Shown piece after piece: positions 1 through 9,435 of a stretch of DNA of 17,972 bases. Position 1 is the stretch's first letter, and every line of letters starts with the position of its first letter. Location of the stretch: positions 1-17,972 of the forward strand of contig JAQBYT010000054.1 in the NCBI GenBank assembly GCA_027622665.1, given 5' to 3'. Made by a program: the position numbers and the translations under genes. The notes under the pieces are model-generated. The model did no database searches. It had not been told where the DNA came from and was given only the letters and a program-made list of their open reading frames with translations. This DNA comes from Verrucomicrobiota bacterium. Lineage in GTDB: Bacteria > Verrucomicrobiota > Verrucomicrobiia > Opitutales > Seribacteraceae.

Positions 1-2
1 CC

Positions 3-260
3 CGACGCGGCAATCCAGCGGAACGGTCGGAAAGCCACCTGTTTTTACGTTGTCATTGCGAGGAGACCCTAATGGGGCGACGCGGCAATCCAGCGGACGC
101 TTGGGCATTTCGCCGCATCGCAATAGACTGGATTGCCACGCCCTAACGGGCTCGCAATGACAGCGTGGAGTGAGACGATCTTGGCTGGATTGCCACGCCA
201 CTTCGTGTCTCGCAATGACAGAAGTGCGGGGGTTGCCGCCCCCCTAACGGGCTTGCGAAA
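3..260. repeat. Cluster of REP-like palindromic repeats (GTCATTGCGAG...GCAATCCAG type), two forward and three reverse units
   Basis: Exact 20-bp direct repeat CGACGCGGCAATCCAGCGGA at 3-22 and 78-97. Full forward unit TGTCATTGCGAG..GGCAATCCAG at 51-93. Reverse units CTGGATTGCCACGCC..CTCGCAATGACAG at 128-163 and 185-221, plus a degenerate copy at about 230-260. 51-62 pairs with 151-162 and 84-93 pairs with 128-137. The first unit is cut by the window edge. Confidence 0.9.
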
Positions 261-263
261 CCA

Positions 264-2219
264 CTATTCGAAAACCGGCTTGAGTTTCCAGAACTCGTCG
301 AAGAAATCGGCGGCGACTACTTTTCCGGCTGATTCGCCATTTGGTGATTGGTTGAGGTCGAGGATTGCCCAGTCGGGCAGTTTTGGGTTCTGGAGTGAAT
401 TTGTGCGATCGTGGGCCTCGCGGAAGGTAGGGCCCGAATTGATCACTACGTATTTGGTGGAAGAGAGGGGATTAGGGTGTATGAGGAGAGGCAGGTGGTG
501 ATCCGAGGGAAAGCTGCTTTTGCCTGCTATGACGGCATCGCCTTTCCAGGTGACGGGTAGCTTGCCCGCGACCTTGGCGATGAGGTGGTTGTTGGCGGGA
601 GTACCCCAAAGGACGAGGTGGCGACCGGCAATATCGGCTTCGTTCACTTCATAGGCTTTCTTGATTGGGAGCTCACCTCGAAAGAGTTCTCGCCAGCGTT
701 TTTGAAGGTGAGCGATTTCGAAAGCGACCCATCGATCGATTAGCTCATTGCCCGAAGGACGGTCGGGAGCAACCACGAGAAAACGGGACAGGAAGGCGTC
801 GTCGATGGGACCTTGCAGACCGTGTCTCTTCCGGAGGACGTCGGGCGGTGATCCGATGCTCCAAGTTCCGTCGGGTTTTCTAAGGAGCGGGACGGAGAAA
901 AGGTTGGGGGGGACTTGGATATCGGTACCATCAATTTCAAGGGAGAAACCGCCCCGAGCTCCACAGCAACTTGGATTTGGGTGCATGAGCAAGAGAGAGG
1001 AAATGTTTTTCGTGGTCGCTTCCACGGCCCCGGCCTCAGACTCGTACGAGGCGTCGACTCGGGAATCCTTCCAATGTTCGAGGAGGCCGGTGAGGTAGAT
1101 CCATTGGATGCGATTATGCCTGAGAGTTTGAGTCTGAATATGGACTGCCTGAGGATTAGGTTCGCGTCCGAACTCGAAGGCCTTGCGAACGAGAGCGAGG
1201 ACCTCCTTCTTGGAGGCATCGTCGTACTTGTGGCCCATCTTGGGACCGATGAGGTGGGTGAGTTCACGGTCGTGGGCGGCGAAGGCCTCTGCCATTACGT
1301 CGGCGGCCTGTTTCTGTTTGTCGATTTCCCCGCTGTAGGCGATGACGGGGAAGTTGAAGAGGTTGCGAGCGTAGCCGGGAACGTCGTGCAAGCCCCAAAG
1401 GCGCTGTTCGTACCAAGGCGGGTAATTTTCCTTGGTGAGCCGATTGTATCGGGCGGTCTCGGCAAATCCCGCTCCGGCATGCACGACCGCCCACTTGTCC
1501 GCGTAACGGGCTCCGAGATGCCAAGCGCCGGCTCCTCCCATGGAGAACCCCATCAGGGCGATGCGAGCCTTGTCTATGTGGTATTCCTTCTTCACGGCCT
1601 CGATTGCCTCTAACACGTCGGTCTCGCCCGCGGATTTGTAGCCGATGCACTGTCGACCGAAGGGATGGAGCACAATGCCGTCGTCGATGGCGAAATTCCC
1701 CGGTCGCGACATGCGTTGCCCGATGAAGTGGAGATCGGTGTTCTTGTCGCCGCGTCCATGTAACCACACGTACAGGGGGACGGGACGATTGAGTTGCAGC
1801 TTTTCCGGTACCTCGAGACCGTAGGGTTGTACGGAATCGTCGATCTTCGAACGAAAGCCTCGGACCACGAGAGGTTTTGCAGAGGTCCAAGGCGTTTCGC
1901 CTTCGATCAAGGACGCTGCCCGAACATCGGCTTCGTCGAGCAGTTTGTCGGCAAGAGCGAAATGCTTCTTGTCGTAGAACTCGCCATTGAGCAGCGCGAA
2001 GCGGACAGCCTTGCGGAAGACGGCGACGTCGGGGTGATTCCTTATGCTTTCGGGAGATTCCGCAGCCTTGGCCAAACGAGCCTGCAGGCGGTTTCGCACC
2101 TCGTCGGGTATCTCTATTCCCTGCGGAGGAATGCGGCGAGGAATAGGCGGGATGTCTTCGGCTCCGACGGAGGTTAACGCGGGGAACAGGGAGAGGAGAC
2201 ACAAAAAGGTAATTTTCAT
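264..2219 (-). CDS. Secreted alpha/beta-hydrolase (S9 prolyl-oligopeptidase/esterase-like serine hydrolase) with N- and C-terminal extensions
   Basis: 651 aa. Sec-type signal peptide MKITFLCLLSLFPALTSVGA. WLHGRG oxyanion region, nucleophile elbow GFSMGG (GxSxG), candidate Asp (YSGEIDKQ) and His (MGHKY). Start overlaps the recD2 stop (ATGA). Confidence 0.8.
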   Translation of the reverse strand: MKITFLCLLSLFPALTSVGAEDIPPIPRRIPPQGIEIPDEVRNRLQARLAKAAESPESIRNHPDVAVFRKAVRFALLNGEFYDKKHFALADKLLDEADVRAASLIEGETPWTSAKPLVVRGFRSKIDDSVQPYGLEVPEKLQLNRPVPLYVWLHGRGDKNTDLHFIGQRMSRPGNFAIDDGIVLHPFGRQCIGYKSAGETDVLEAIEAVKKEYHIDKARIALMGFSMGGAGAWHLGARYADKWAVVHAGAGFAETARYNRLTKENYPPWYEQRLWGLHDVPGYARNLFNFPVIAYSGEIDKQKQAADVMAEAFAAHDRELTHLIGPKMGHKYDDASKKEVLALVRKAFEFGREPNPQAVHIQTQTLRHNRIQWIYLTGLLEHWKDSRVDASYESEAGAVEATTKNISSLLLMHPNPSCCGARGGFSLEIDGTDIQVPPNLFSVPLLRKPDGTWSIGSPPDVLRKRHGLQGPIDDAFLSRFLVVAPDRPSGNELIDRWVAFEIAHLQKRWRELFRGELPIKKAYEVNEADIAGRHLVLWGTPANNHLIAKVAGKLPVTWKGDAVIAGKSSFPSDHHLPLLIHPNPLSSTKYVVINSGPTFREAHDRTNSLQNPKLPDWAILDLNQSPNGESAGKVVAADFFDEFWKLKPVFE

Positions 2220-4414
2220 TTCGAGAGGACTTGTTCGAGTTTGCGGATCAGGTCGGTGCGTCGAGCCAGGGTTTTGTCGTTTCGAATAGCCATGGCGAAT
2301 GCGGTGGGATCGCCGACGAAGATCACTTTTCTTTTGGCCCGAGTGAGTCCGGTATAGACGAGGTTTCTTTGGAGCATCATGTAGTGCTGCTTGAGCAGGG
2401 GAAAGACAACGACCGGGTATTCGCTGCCTTGGCTCTTGTGAACGGAAATGGCGTAGGCCGGTTGAAGGTCGGCGACCTCAAGTCGCTCGAAGGAAACGGC
2501 GCGACCATCGAAATCCACTTCCACCGTGCTGGCCATGGTGTCGACCGAGGTGATGGAACCTAGGTCGCCGTTGAAGACGTCCTTGTCGTAGTTGTTTCGG
2601 GTCTGGATCACCTTGTCGCCTTCACGAAAAAGAGTTTGGCCGAATACGTGAGTGGCGCCTTTGGGGTTGAGGGCTTCGCGAAGTTTGTCGTTTAGGTTGG
2701 CAATTCCCGCGATTCCTCTGTGAAGAGGGGCGAGAACTTGAATTTCGTGAAACGAGTTCAATTGAAGTTTTCGAGGAAGTACGTCGCGGCAGAGACGGCA
2801 GACGGCATCGACGCAGGCATCGGGGTCCAGAGCGCGCACGAAGTGCACGTCGAGCGCCGGGTCGAGGAGTGCGGGATCGTCAATCGGGGTAGGGCAGGCC
2901 GTCCGGCCTGCCAGAATGCCGTGAGCGGTGCCAACGATACCACTGTCCTCCTTCTGACGAAAAGTGACTTGTAGTCGAGTAACGGGTATTTGGCCGCTTT
3001 CGATGAGATCCTTTAGGACATTTCCGGAACCAACGGAGGGAAGCTGATCGGCATCTCCGACGAGCAACAGGTGAGCCTGCGCCGGAATAGCTCGAACGAG
3101 GGCGGCGGCCAAGCGGACGTCGAGCATGCTGGCCTCGTCCATGACTACGAAGTCGCAGGACAGCGGCTTGTTCTCGTTGGCGGTGAAGCCGCCTGCAGAT
3201 GGATCGAACTGGAGCAAGCGATGAACCGTTTGAGAAAAGTGAGAGGTGGTTTCCGCCATGCGTCGAGAGGCGCGACCGGTGGGCGCCGTAAGCTGAACGC
3301 GTACCTTCTTGGCCTTGAGGATGGCGACGAGAGCCTGAAGGATGGTGGTTTTTCCCGTGCCCGGACCTCCCGTGAGGATGGAGACCTTCGACGAGAGAGC
3401 GGTCTTCAAGCCTTCCGCTTGCTCGGCAGCGAATCCAAAACCGGCTTTTCCCTGGGCCCAGTCCACCGCTTTGTCTCTCAGGATTGGTGGAAGGCAGGAA
3501 GGCGCCGCCAAGAGCTTGCCCAGAGATTGGGCGGTTACCTGTTCGGCACGAGCGGTCGAAGGTTGCTGAAATACCTCGGGTTCGCATTCAACGAGATCGG
3601 CGGAACTTTTCAAGGCATCCAAACGGGAACTGACCTCAGCCGGGTGAACCTCCAATACGCCGACCGCCTTATCGATGAGATCCTGCCGGCCGGCGCAAGT
3701 GTGCCCATCTCCTTCCAGTTCGTCCATGGCGTGCAGGATTCCGGCGTCTATTCGCTCGGGGCCATTGGTGGACACCCCAAGGTTGAGGGCGATCTTGTCG
3801 GCCGTCTTGAAGCCGATGCCCTTGACGTCGCGGGCGATGCGATAAGGCTCGTTCTCCAAGATGGTCTGGGCCTCGTTCCCGTACTTTCGGACGAGGCGCA
3901 GGCAGAGGGCGTCGGTTACGCCGTAGGTCTGTAGAAACATCATCACTTCCCGCACCGCCTTCTGTTCCTCCCAAGCCTCCTTGATGCTTCGTACGCGTTT
4001 CTTGCCAATGCCGGGGACGTCGAAGAGGCGAGCGGACTCCTCGGAAATGATTCGTAGCGTATCGGCCCCAAAGTGGTCTACGATCTTGTTGGCAAAGGTT
4101 TTTCCGATGCCGTGAACCATTCCGCTCCCGAGGTATTTCCGAATGCCGTAGGCGGAGGCGGGTAGCATGGTCTCGCACTTTGTGAATCCGAATTGCCTAC
4201 CGTGCTTGGGATGGTTGGACCAAGTGCCGGCAAGGAGTAGGGTTTCCCCGCACTGCACTTTCGGAGCTTTGCCGACGGCCGTTACCTCCTGACCATCTTC
4301 TCCGCTGCGGAGCTTACCTATGAGGTATCCGTTTTCCTCGTTGTAGAAAGTAATGCGCTCGAGGACACCTTCGAGCGACTTGGCGGAGTTGTCTGCTTTT
4401 GGGTTTTGCGGCAA
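2216..4414 (-). CDS. recD2: ATP-dependent RecD-like DNA helicase (RecD2/TraA family, SF1B)
   Basis: 732 aa, TTG start. N-terminal LEGVLERITFYNEENGY typical of RecD2, HhH motif VPGIGKK, Walker A GGPGTGKT, APTGRA, DEASM, LVGDADQLPSV, AYAISVHKSQGSEY, YTGLTRAK. Confidence 0.93.
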   Translation of the reverse strand: MPQNPKADNSAKSLEGVLERITFYNEENGYLIGKLRSGEDGQEVTAVGKAPKVQCGETLLLAGTWSNHPKHGRQFGFTKCETMLPASAYGIRKYLGSGMVHGIGKTFANKIVDHFGADTLRIISEESARLFDVPGIGKKRVRSIKEAWEEQKAVREVMMFLQTYGVTDALCLRLVRKYGNEAQTILENEPYRIARDVKGIGFKTADKIALNLGVSTNGPERIDAGILHAMDELEGDGHTCAGRQDLIDKAVGVLEVHPAEVSSRLDALKSSADLVECEPEVFQQPSTARAEQVTAQSLGKLLAAPSCLPPILRDKAVDWAQGKAGFGFAAEQAEGLKTALSSKVSILTGGPGTGKTTILQALVAILKAKKVRVQLTAPTGRASRRMAETTSHFSQTVHRLLQFDPSAGGFTANENKPLSCDFVVMDEASMLDVRLAAALVRAIPAQAHLLLVGDADQLPSVGSGNVLKDLIESGQIPVTRLQVTFRQKEDSGIVGTAHGILAGRTACPTPIDDPALLDPALDVHFVRALDPDACVDAVCRLCRDVLPRKLQLNSFHEIQVLAPLHRGIAGIANLNDKLREALNPKGATHVFGQTLFREGDKVIQTRNNYDKDVFNGDLGSITSVDTMASTVEVDFDGRAVSFERLEVADLQPAYAISVHKSQGSEYPVVVFPLLKQHYMMLQRNLVYTGLTRAKRKVIFVGDPTAFAMAIRNDKTLARRTDLIRKLEQVLSK

Positions 4415-4416
4415 GG

Positions 4417-5856
4417 TCAGGTTTCGTCTGCGTTAGTTCGGTGACCATTGAGGCGGACGCCGTACCAATCGATTTTTCGAGTAAAGTACATAGCCCCCGC
4501 CAAGACCGCAAACAAGCCGAGACTTCCCATAAGCAAGGCATAGCTCTCCAACTGCAGTATGACGTATAGATAACCGTAGAGGATCACGAGCACGGCACCT
4601 ACGGTACCGCCGAGACGAGCACTGCCTAGAATGGAGCAAGCGTATCCCGCGATCAGAAGTACCACTCCCGAGGTAGAGGCTGCATAAGCGAGATCGAACC
4701 CGAAATGCTCGGAGAGCGACAACAAGAGAAGGTAAAAAACGAGAACGGCAAAGCCAACCAAGATATATTGAATGGGATGCACTTGGGCCTTCTGCAGGAT
4801 TTCCGAGAAGAAGAAAGCAGCGAAGGCAAAACATAGAAAAAGAATGGAGTACTTGGCCATTCGGCTGGTCTTTTGGTATACGTCCGTCGGAAGGTAGAAG
4901 CGTATGCCAAAGGAGGAATTACCCAAGACGTTGCTAGGGCCCGAAAACGAGAACTCCGGTCCACCTTCTCCGCGAAAACCCTTGTAGGAATTACCATCCC
5001 ATGCTTGCTCTCCGTTCCCTTCCGGGGCACTCCCATTCCATGCCTGCGGTATGGGGCGATTGAGGTGAAGCACTTTCCACGAGGCCGAAAACCCGTCTTG
5101 GCTAATGTTTTTCTCCAGGGGAAGAAAAGCCCCGTCGAAACTAGGCGAAGACCATGTGGAGCTGACCGAAACGGAGGTCGTTTTACCGATGGGCGAAAAG
5201 GCAAGTGAGGAACTGCCGTCCAGACGAAGGTCGATAAGGAATTCTCGGGACTCGTTGTCGTCGGAGAGGTCCACTTTCGCTTTTATTCCCGAGGTAATGA
5301 CCTGCTGGGTGGGCAACCCCGGCATGGGCAGCAATTCATTTTCCATAAAGATTATACTCGTATCTTCACGAATGCCTCGAGAGTCGGAGATGCCGACCGT
5401 AAGCCAAGCCTTGTCCTTGTGGATATCGTCTTCGGCGACTTCAGCGATCTCCCAGTCGAGCTTTGGGAAATGCCCCTTCAGTACGAGGGAGGATTTGTAG
5501 ACTACGGATTCGTAAATCCCGCGATGCCGAGTTTCGGGAATTACGGAACCATTTACCTCCAAGACTTCCGGTAAAAAGTGCAGGTAGCGAGTTTCTCGAA
5601 AGGTCTGTACTCGATTGTTTGAGTTGCTCGTAACCGTAACGGAATAAGGAACGGTCAGGATCGGCCCGATGATGGTCTGGTCAAGTCCCCACTTGGCGCT
5701 GATTTCGCGAGTGACGCTTTCTCGCCGATCCTCCCGTTCTTCGATGATCAAAAAGAGAGGGATCGTAAGCATGAGCAAACCCACCACAAGAATGGCGATA
5801 ACCACCAGCTTGAAGGTCAGGGAATTGCGAAGTGAATTAATTGGAGGAGGACCCAT
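4417..5856 (-). CDS. creD: Cell envelope integrity inner membrane protein CreD
   Basis: 479 aa. N-terminal TM helix, large periplasmic domain (QTIIGPILTVPY, RHRGIYESVVY, WSSPSFDGAFLP, GFSASWKV), then DVYQKTSRMAKYSILF, HPIQYILVG, YLLLLSLSEHFGF, YALLMGSLGLF and MYFTRKIDWY in a multi-TM C-terminus. Confidence 0.93.
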   Translation of the reverse strand: MGPPPINSLRNSLTFKLVVIAILVVGLLMLTIPLFLIIEEREDRRESVTREISAKWGLDQTIIGPILTVPYSVTVTSNSNNRVQTFRETRYLHFLPEVLEVNGSVIPETRHRGIYESVVYKSSLVLKGHFPKLDWEIAEVAEDDIHKDKAWLTVGISDSRGIREDTSIIFMENELLPMPGLPTQQVITSGIKAKVDLSDDNESREFLIDLRLDGSSSLAFSPIGKTTSVSVSSTWSSPSFDGAFLPLEKNISQDGFSASWKVLHLNRPIPQAWNGSAPEGNGEQAWDGNSYKGFRGEGGPEFSFSGPSNVLGNSSFGIRFYLPTDVYQKTSRMAKYSILFLCFAFAAFFFSEILQKAQVHPIQYILVGFAVLVFYLLLLSLSEHFGFDLAYAASTSGVVLLIAGYACSILGSARLGGTVGAVLVILYGYLYVILQLESYALLMGSLGLFAVLAGAMYFTRKIDWYGVRLNGHRTNADET

Positions 5857-5893
5857 GATCGTTGATTGTTATAAGTATTAACCTGCAGTCCAT

Positions 5894-5923
5894 AAGACCA
5901 AGGGCAACTGCATTTCGTTCACA
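5894..5923 (-). promoter_or_regulatory. Putative ECF-sigma promoter upstream of creD
   Basis: Minus strand TGTGAAC (5923-5917), 17-nt spacer, GGTCTT (5899-5894), 37 nt upstream of the creD ATG. Fits the generic ECF AAC / GT(C/A) architecture. Confidence 0.45.
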
Positions 5924-5924
5924 G

Positions 5925-5958
5925 TCCCAAATAATTGGCAGGCGATCCAATTAAGGGA
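5925..5958 (-). terminator. Stem-loop just downstream of leuA (possible terminator or stability hairpin)
   Basis: Minus strand TCCC-T-TAATTGG-ATCGCCTG-CCAATTA-TTT-GGGA, starting 8 nt after the leuA stop. AT-rich stem with no clear poly-U tail. Confidence 0.35.
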
Positions 5959-5966
5959 AGAACCGC

Positions 5967-7661
<1,695 letters not shown>

Positions 7662-7756
7662 TACTATCGGATAACACATTCGATGAAAAGAGGAAACCCG
7701 ACCTTGAGATGGTCGTTGCGAGCAATGCCCTCCTTCTTATGCTGTATTATTTGCGA

Positions 7757-8329
7757 ATGAGTGAATCCTCCACAGATAGCAACGCCCTAGCCGACAAAAC
7801 CATCGTACTTGGGGTATCCGGTTCAATTGCCGCCTACAAGGCTGCAGACCTAACGAGTGATCTGCGACGCCTCGGAGCGGATGTCTTCGTCGTGATGACG
7901 CGAGCCGCCCGCGAGTTCATCGGTCCGATTACCCTGCAGACCCTTTCGCGCAACCCCGTGGTCACCGACCTTTGGAAGGAAGGGGATGGTTGGCAACCGG
8001 GGCACATCGAGCTTGCCGACAAGGCCGACCTGCTGTTGGTTGCGCCCGCAACGGCCGACCTGATCGCCCAATTCGCCAACGGCTTGGCTCCCGATGCCCT
8101 TTCGTCCATTCATCTCGCCACTCGAGCAAAGATTGTGCTGGCTCCCGCCATGAACGGCAAGATGTACGAACATCCCGCGACCCGCGAAAATCTTCGAGTA
8201 TTACGGGAACGCGGCGTCCGCTTCATCGATCCCGAAGAAGGTGAACTGGCGTGCGGTTACGAAGGAGTAGGCAGGCTAGCCAAGGTGGAAAGCATCGTGA
8301 GCGAAGTACTTGGACTCTTGAGCTCCTAG
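7757..8329 (+). CDS. coaC: Phosphopantothenoylcysteine decarboxylase (stand-alone CoaC, HFCD flavoprotein)
   Basis: About 190 aa from ATG 7757. VLGVSGSIAAYKA, HIELA (catalytic His), APATAD, PAMNGKMY, GELACG (catalytic Cys), GRLA. Ends without a CoaB domain. Confidence 0.9.
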   Translation: MSESSTDSNALADKTIVLGVSGSIAAYKAADLTSDLRRLGADVFVVMTRAAREFIGPITLQTLSRNPVVTDLWKEGDGWQPGHIELADKADLLLVAPATADLIAQFANGLAPDALSSIHLATRAKIVLAPAMNGKMYEHPATRENLRVLRERGVRFIDPEEGELACGYEGVGRLAKVESIVSEVLGLLSS

Positions 8330-8337
8330 GACTTGAG

Positions 8338-9267
8338 TTACCAAGTTTCCGGCATGAATGTCGGCATGATTACACCTGAAATGGGAAATGTTTCTCCCCG
8401 AACCTGAGCCATGTGGAGCTCGCAATTGCGGGCGCCCCAAGAATAACAGGTCTGCACGAGTTCGGTTTTGTCGCACGGGGCGAGCCAGACGCGAGTGCGT
8501 CCGGGTTCGTGATTGAGCACCACCCTTAGAAGACCGGCTGCTTGTCGGTCGTTGCGGGAAACTCCGGGACCTATTAGTGAGCAACCGGGATGAGTGACCG
8601 AGCAAAGGAAGCCGTTCAGTCCACCCGAAGCGTGCTCGGTCACCGATACGTGCCAGATGCCCTCGCGATTCTCCAAGAAATGGCGAAAGTCGCTCTCTCT
8701 TTCGACACCGCTGATCTCTCGCTCTAGAGCAGCCATTGCAGGAGCGTCCTCTACTCGCCCTGTTCTTACCTCCACTCCCTCGATTTCCGGCAAGTCGAGT
8801 CCCTCGGAGGGTACGTCGATGAGCATGTCTTGAAACATGGCGTAAGGCACGAATCCAGCTCGATTGTAGAGCGAGAACGAATCCAGATTCATAGCGCTTG
8901 AAACGAGACGCAGGGGTTTTTCTTCCTTTTCGGCAAAGGTGATGACTTCGCCGAGAATGGCTTTGGCAGCTCCCGTACCGAAGTAATTCGGGTGAGCCGC
9001 CATAATACCAAGCGAAACATGCCTTTCCCTAGGGTGGTAGAAGCAACAGGCAGCCAGTCTCCCTGTGCTCTCCATCTCGGCCACCAAGCAACGCCCGGGA
9101 TCGAGAGCCTCGTTCACTTGGCAATGCAGTTGGACATGCTCGGGACCGCACTTCAACTTTGGCCCGTCACCCTTGCTGGCATACCAGTAATTGAGGGAAA
9201 CGTGAATCATTTCAGCGACCTCTATCCAATCATCGGAGGTCATGGTTCTTATACGAAATATAGACAT
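8338..9267 (-). CDS. Tandem-domain GNAT family N-acetyltransferase
   Basis: About 309 aa from ATG 9267 (ORF track starts at TTG 9303). Begins FRIRTMTSDD, has acetyl-CoA motif A HPNYFGTGAAK and SFSLYNRAGF. A second GNAT-like domain starts at VEVRTGRVEDAPAMAALE. Confidence 0.8.
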   Translation of the reverse strand: MSIFRIRTMTSDDWIEVAEMIHVSLNYWYASKGDGPKLKCGPEHVQLHCQVNEALDPGRCLVAEMESTGRLAACCFYHPRERHVSLGIMAAHPNYFGTGAAKAILGEVITFAEKEEKPLRLVSSAMNLDSFSLYNRAGFVPYAMFQDMLIDVPSEGLDLPEIEGVEVRTGRVEDAPAMAALEREISGVERESDFRHFLENREGIWHVSVTEHASGGLNGFLCSVTHPGCSLIGPGVSRNDRQAAGLLRVVLNHEPGRTRVWLAPCDKTELVQTCYSWGARNCELHMAQVRGETFPISGVIMPTFMPETW

Positions 9268-9435
9268 ATAGACTTTGATGGTCTCGTCTTTCGCGAGACG
9301 CAACGTTTTCGAAAGAAAAATAAATACTTAGCTTTGAAAACCTGTAGTTTAGTTTAGTTTCCCAAGCAGTATGGCGCGAAGCAGTTCAGTTTTGCTATGG
9401 AGGTGGCTGAGATCGGTCCTTAAAGAGCAAGTCGA

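Noticed and set aside
1..260. Repeat cluster as a CRISPR array
   Set aside because: Units occur in both orientations, vary internally, are irregularly spaced, and no cas genes are present.
133..501. 122-aa + strand ORF
   Set aside because: Starts inside the palindromic repeats, runs antisense to the hydrolase 3' end, and has no recognisable motif.
1264..2202. 312-aa alternative-frame ORF inside the hydrolase
   Set aside because: Arg/Pro-rich translation typical of an off-frame read of a GC-rich gene; fully nested.
3071..3934. 287-aa antisense ORF in recD2 (and similar antisense ORFs elsewhere, e.g. 915-1613)
   Set aside because: Shadow ORFs expected from codon bias opposite well-supported genes; no motifs.
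2216..4414. RecD2/TraA-like helicase as a sign of a conjugative or mobile element
   Set aside because: It has the chromosomal RecD2 architecture with no relaxase domain, and there are no integrase, T4SS or att-like features nearby.
7709..7756. N-terminal extension of coaC in the ORF track
   Set aside because: Family similarity begins after ATG 7757, and the extension would fill the divergent promoter region.
9345..9360. Short (TAGTT)x3 repeat between the GNAT and PPC genes
   Set aside because: Too short to distinguish from chance in an AT-rich spacer.
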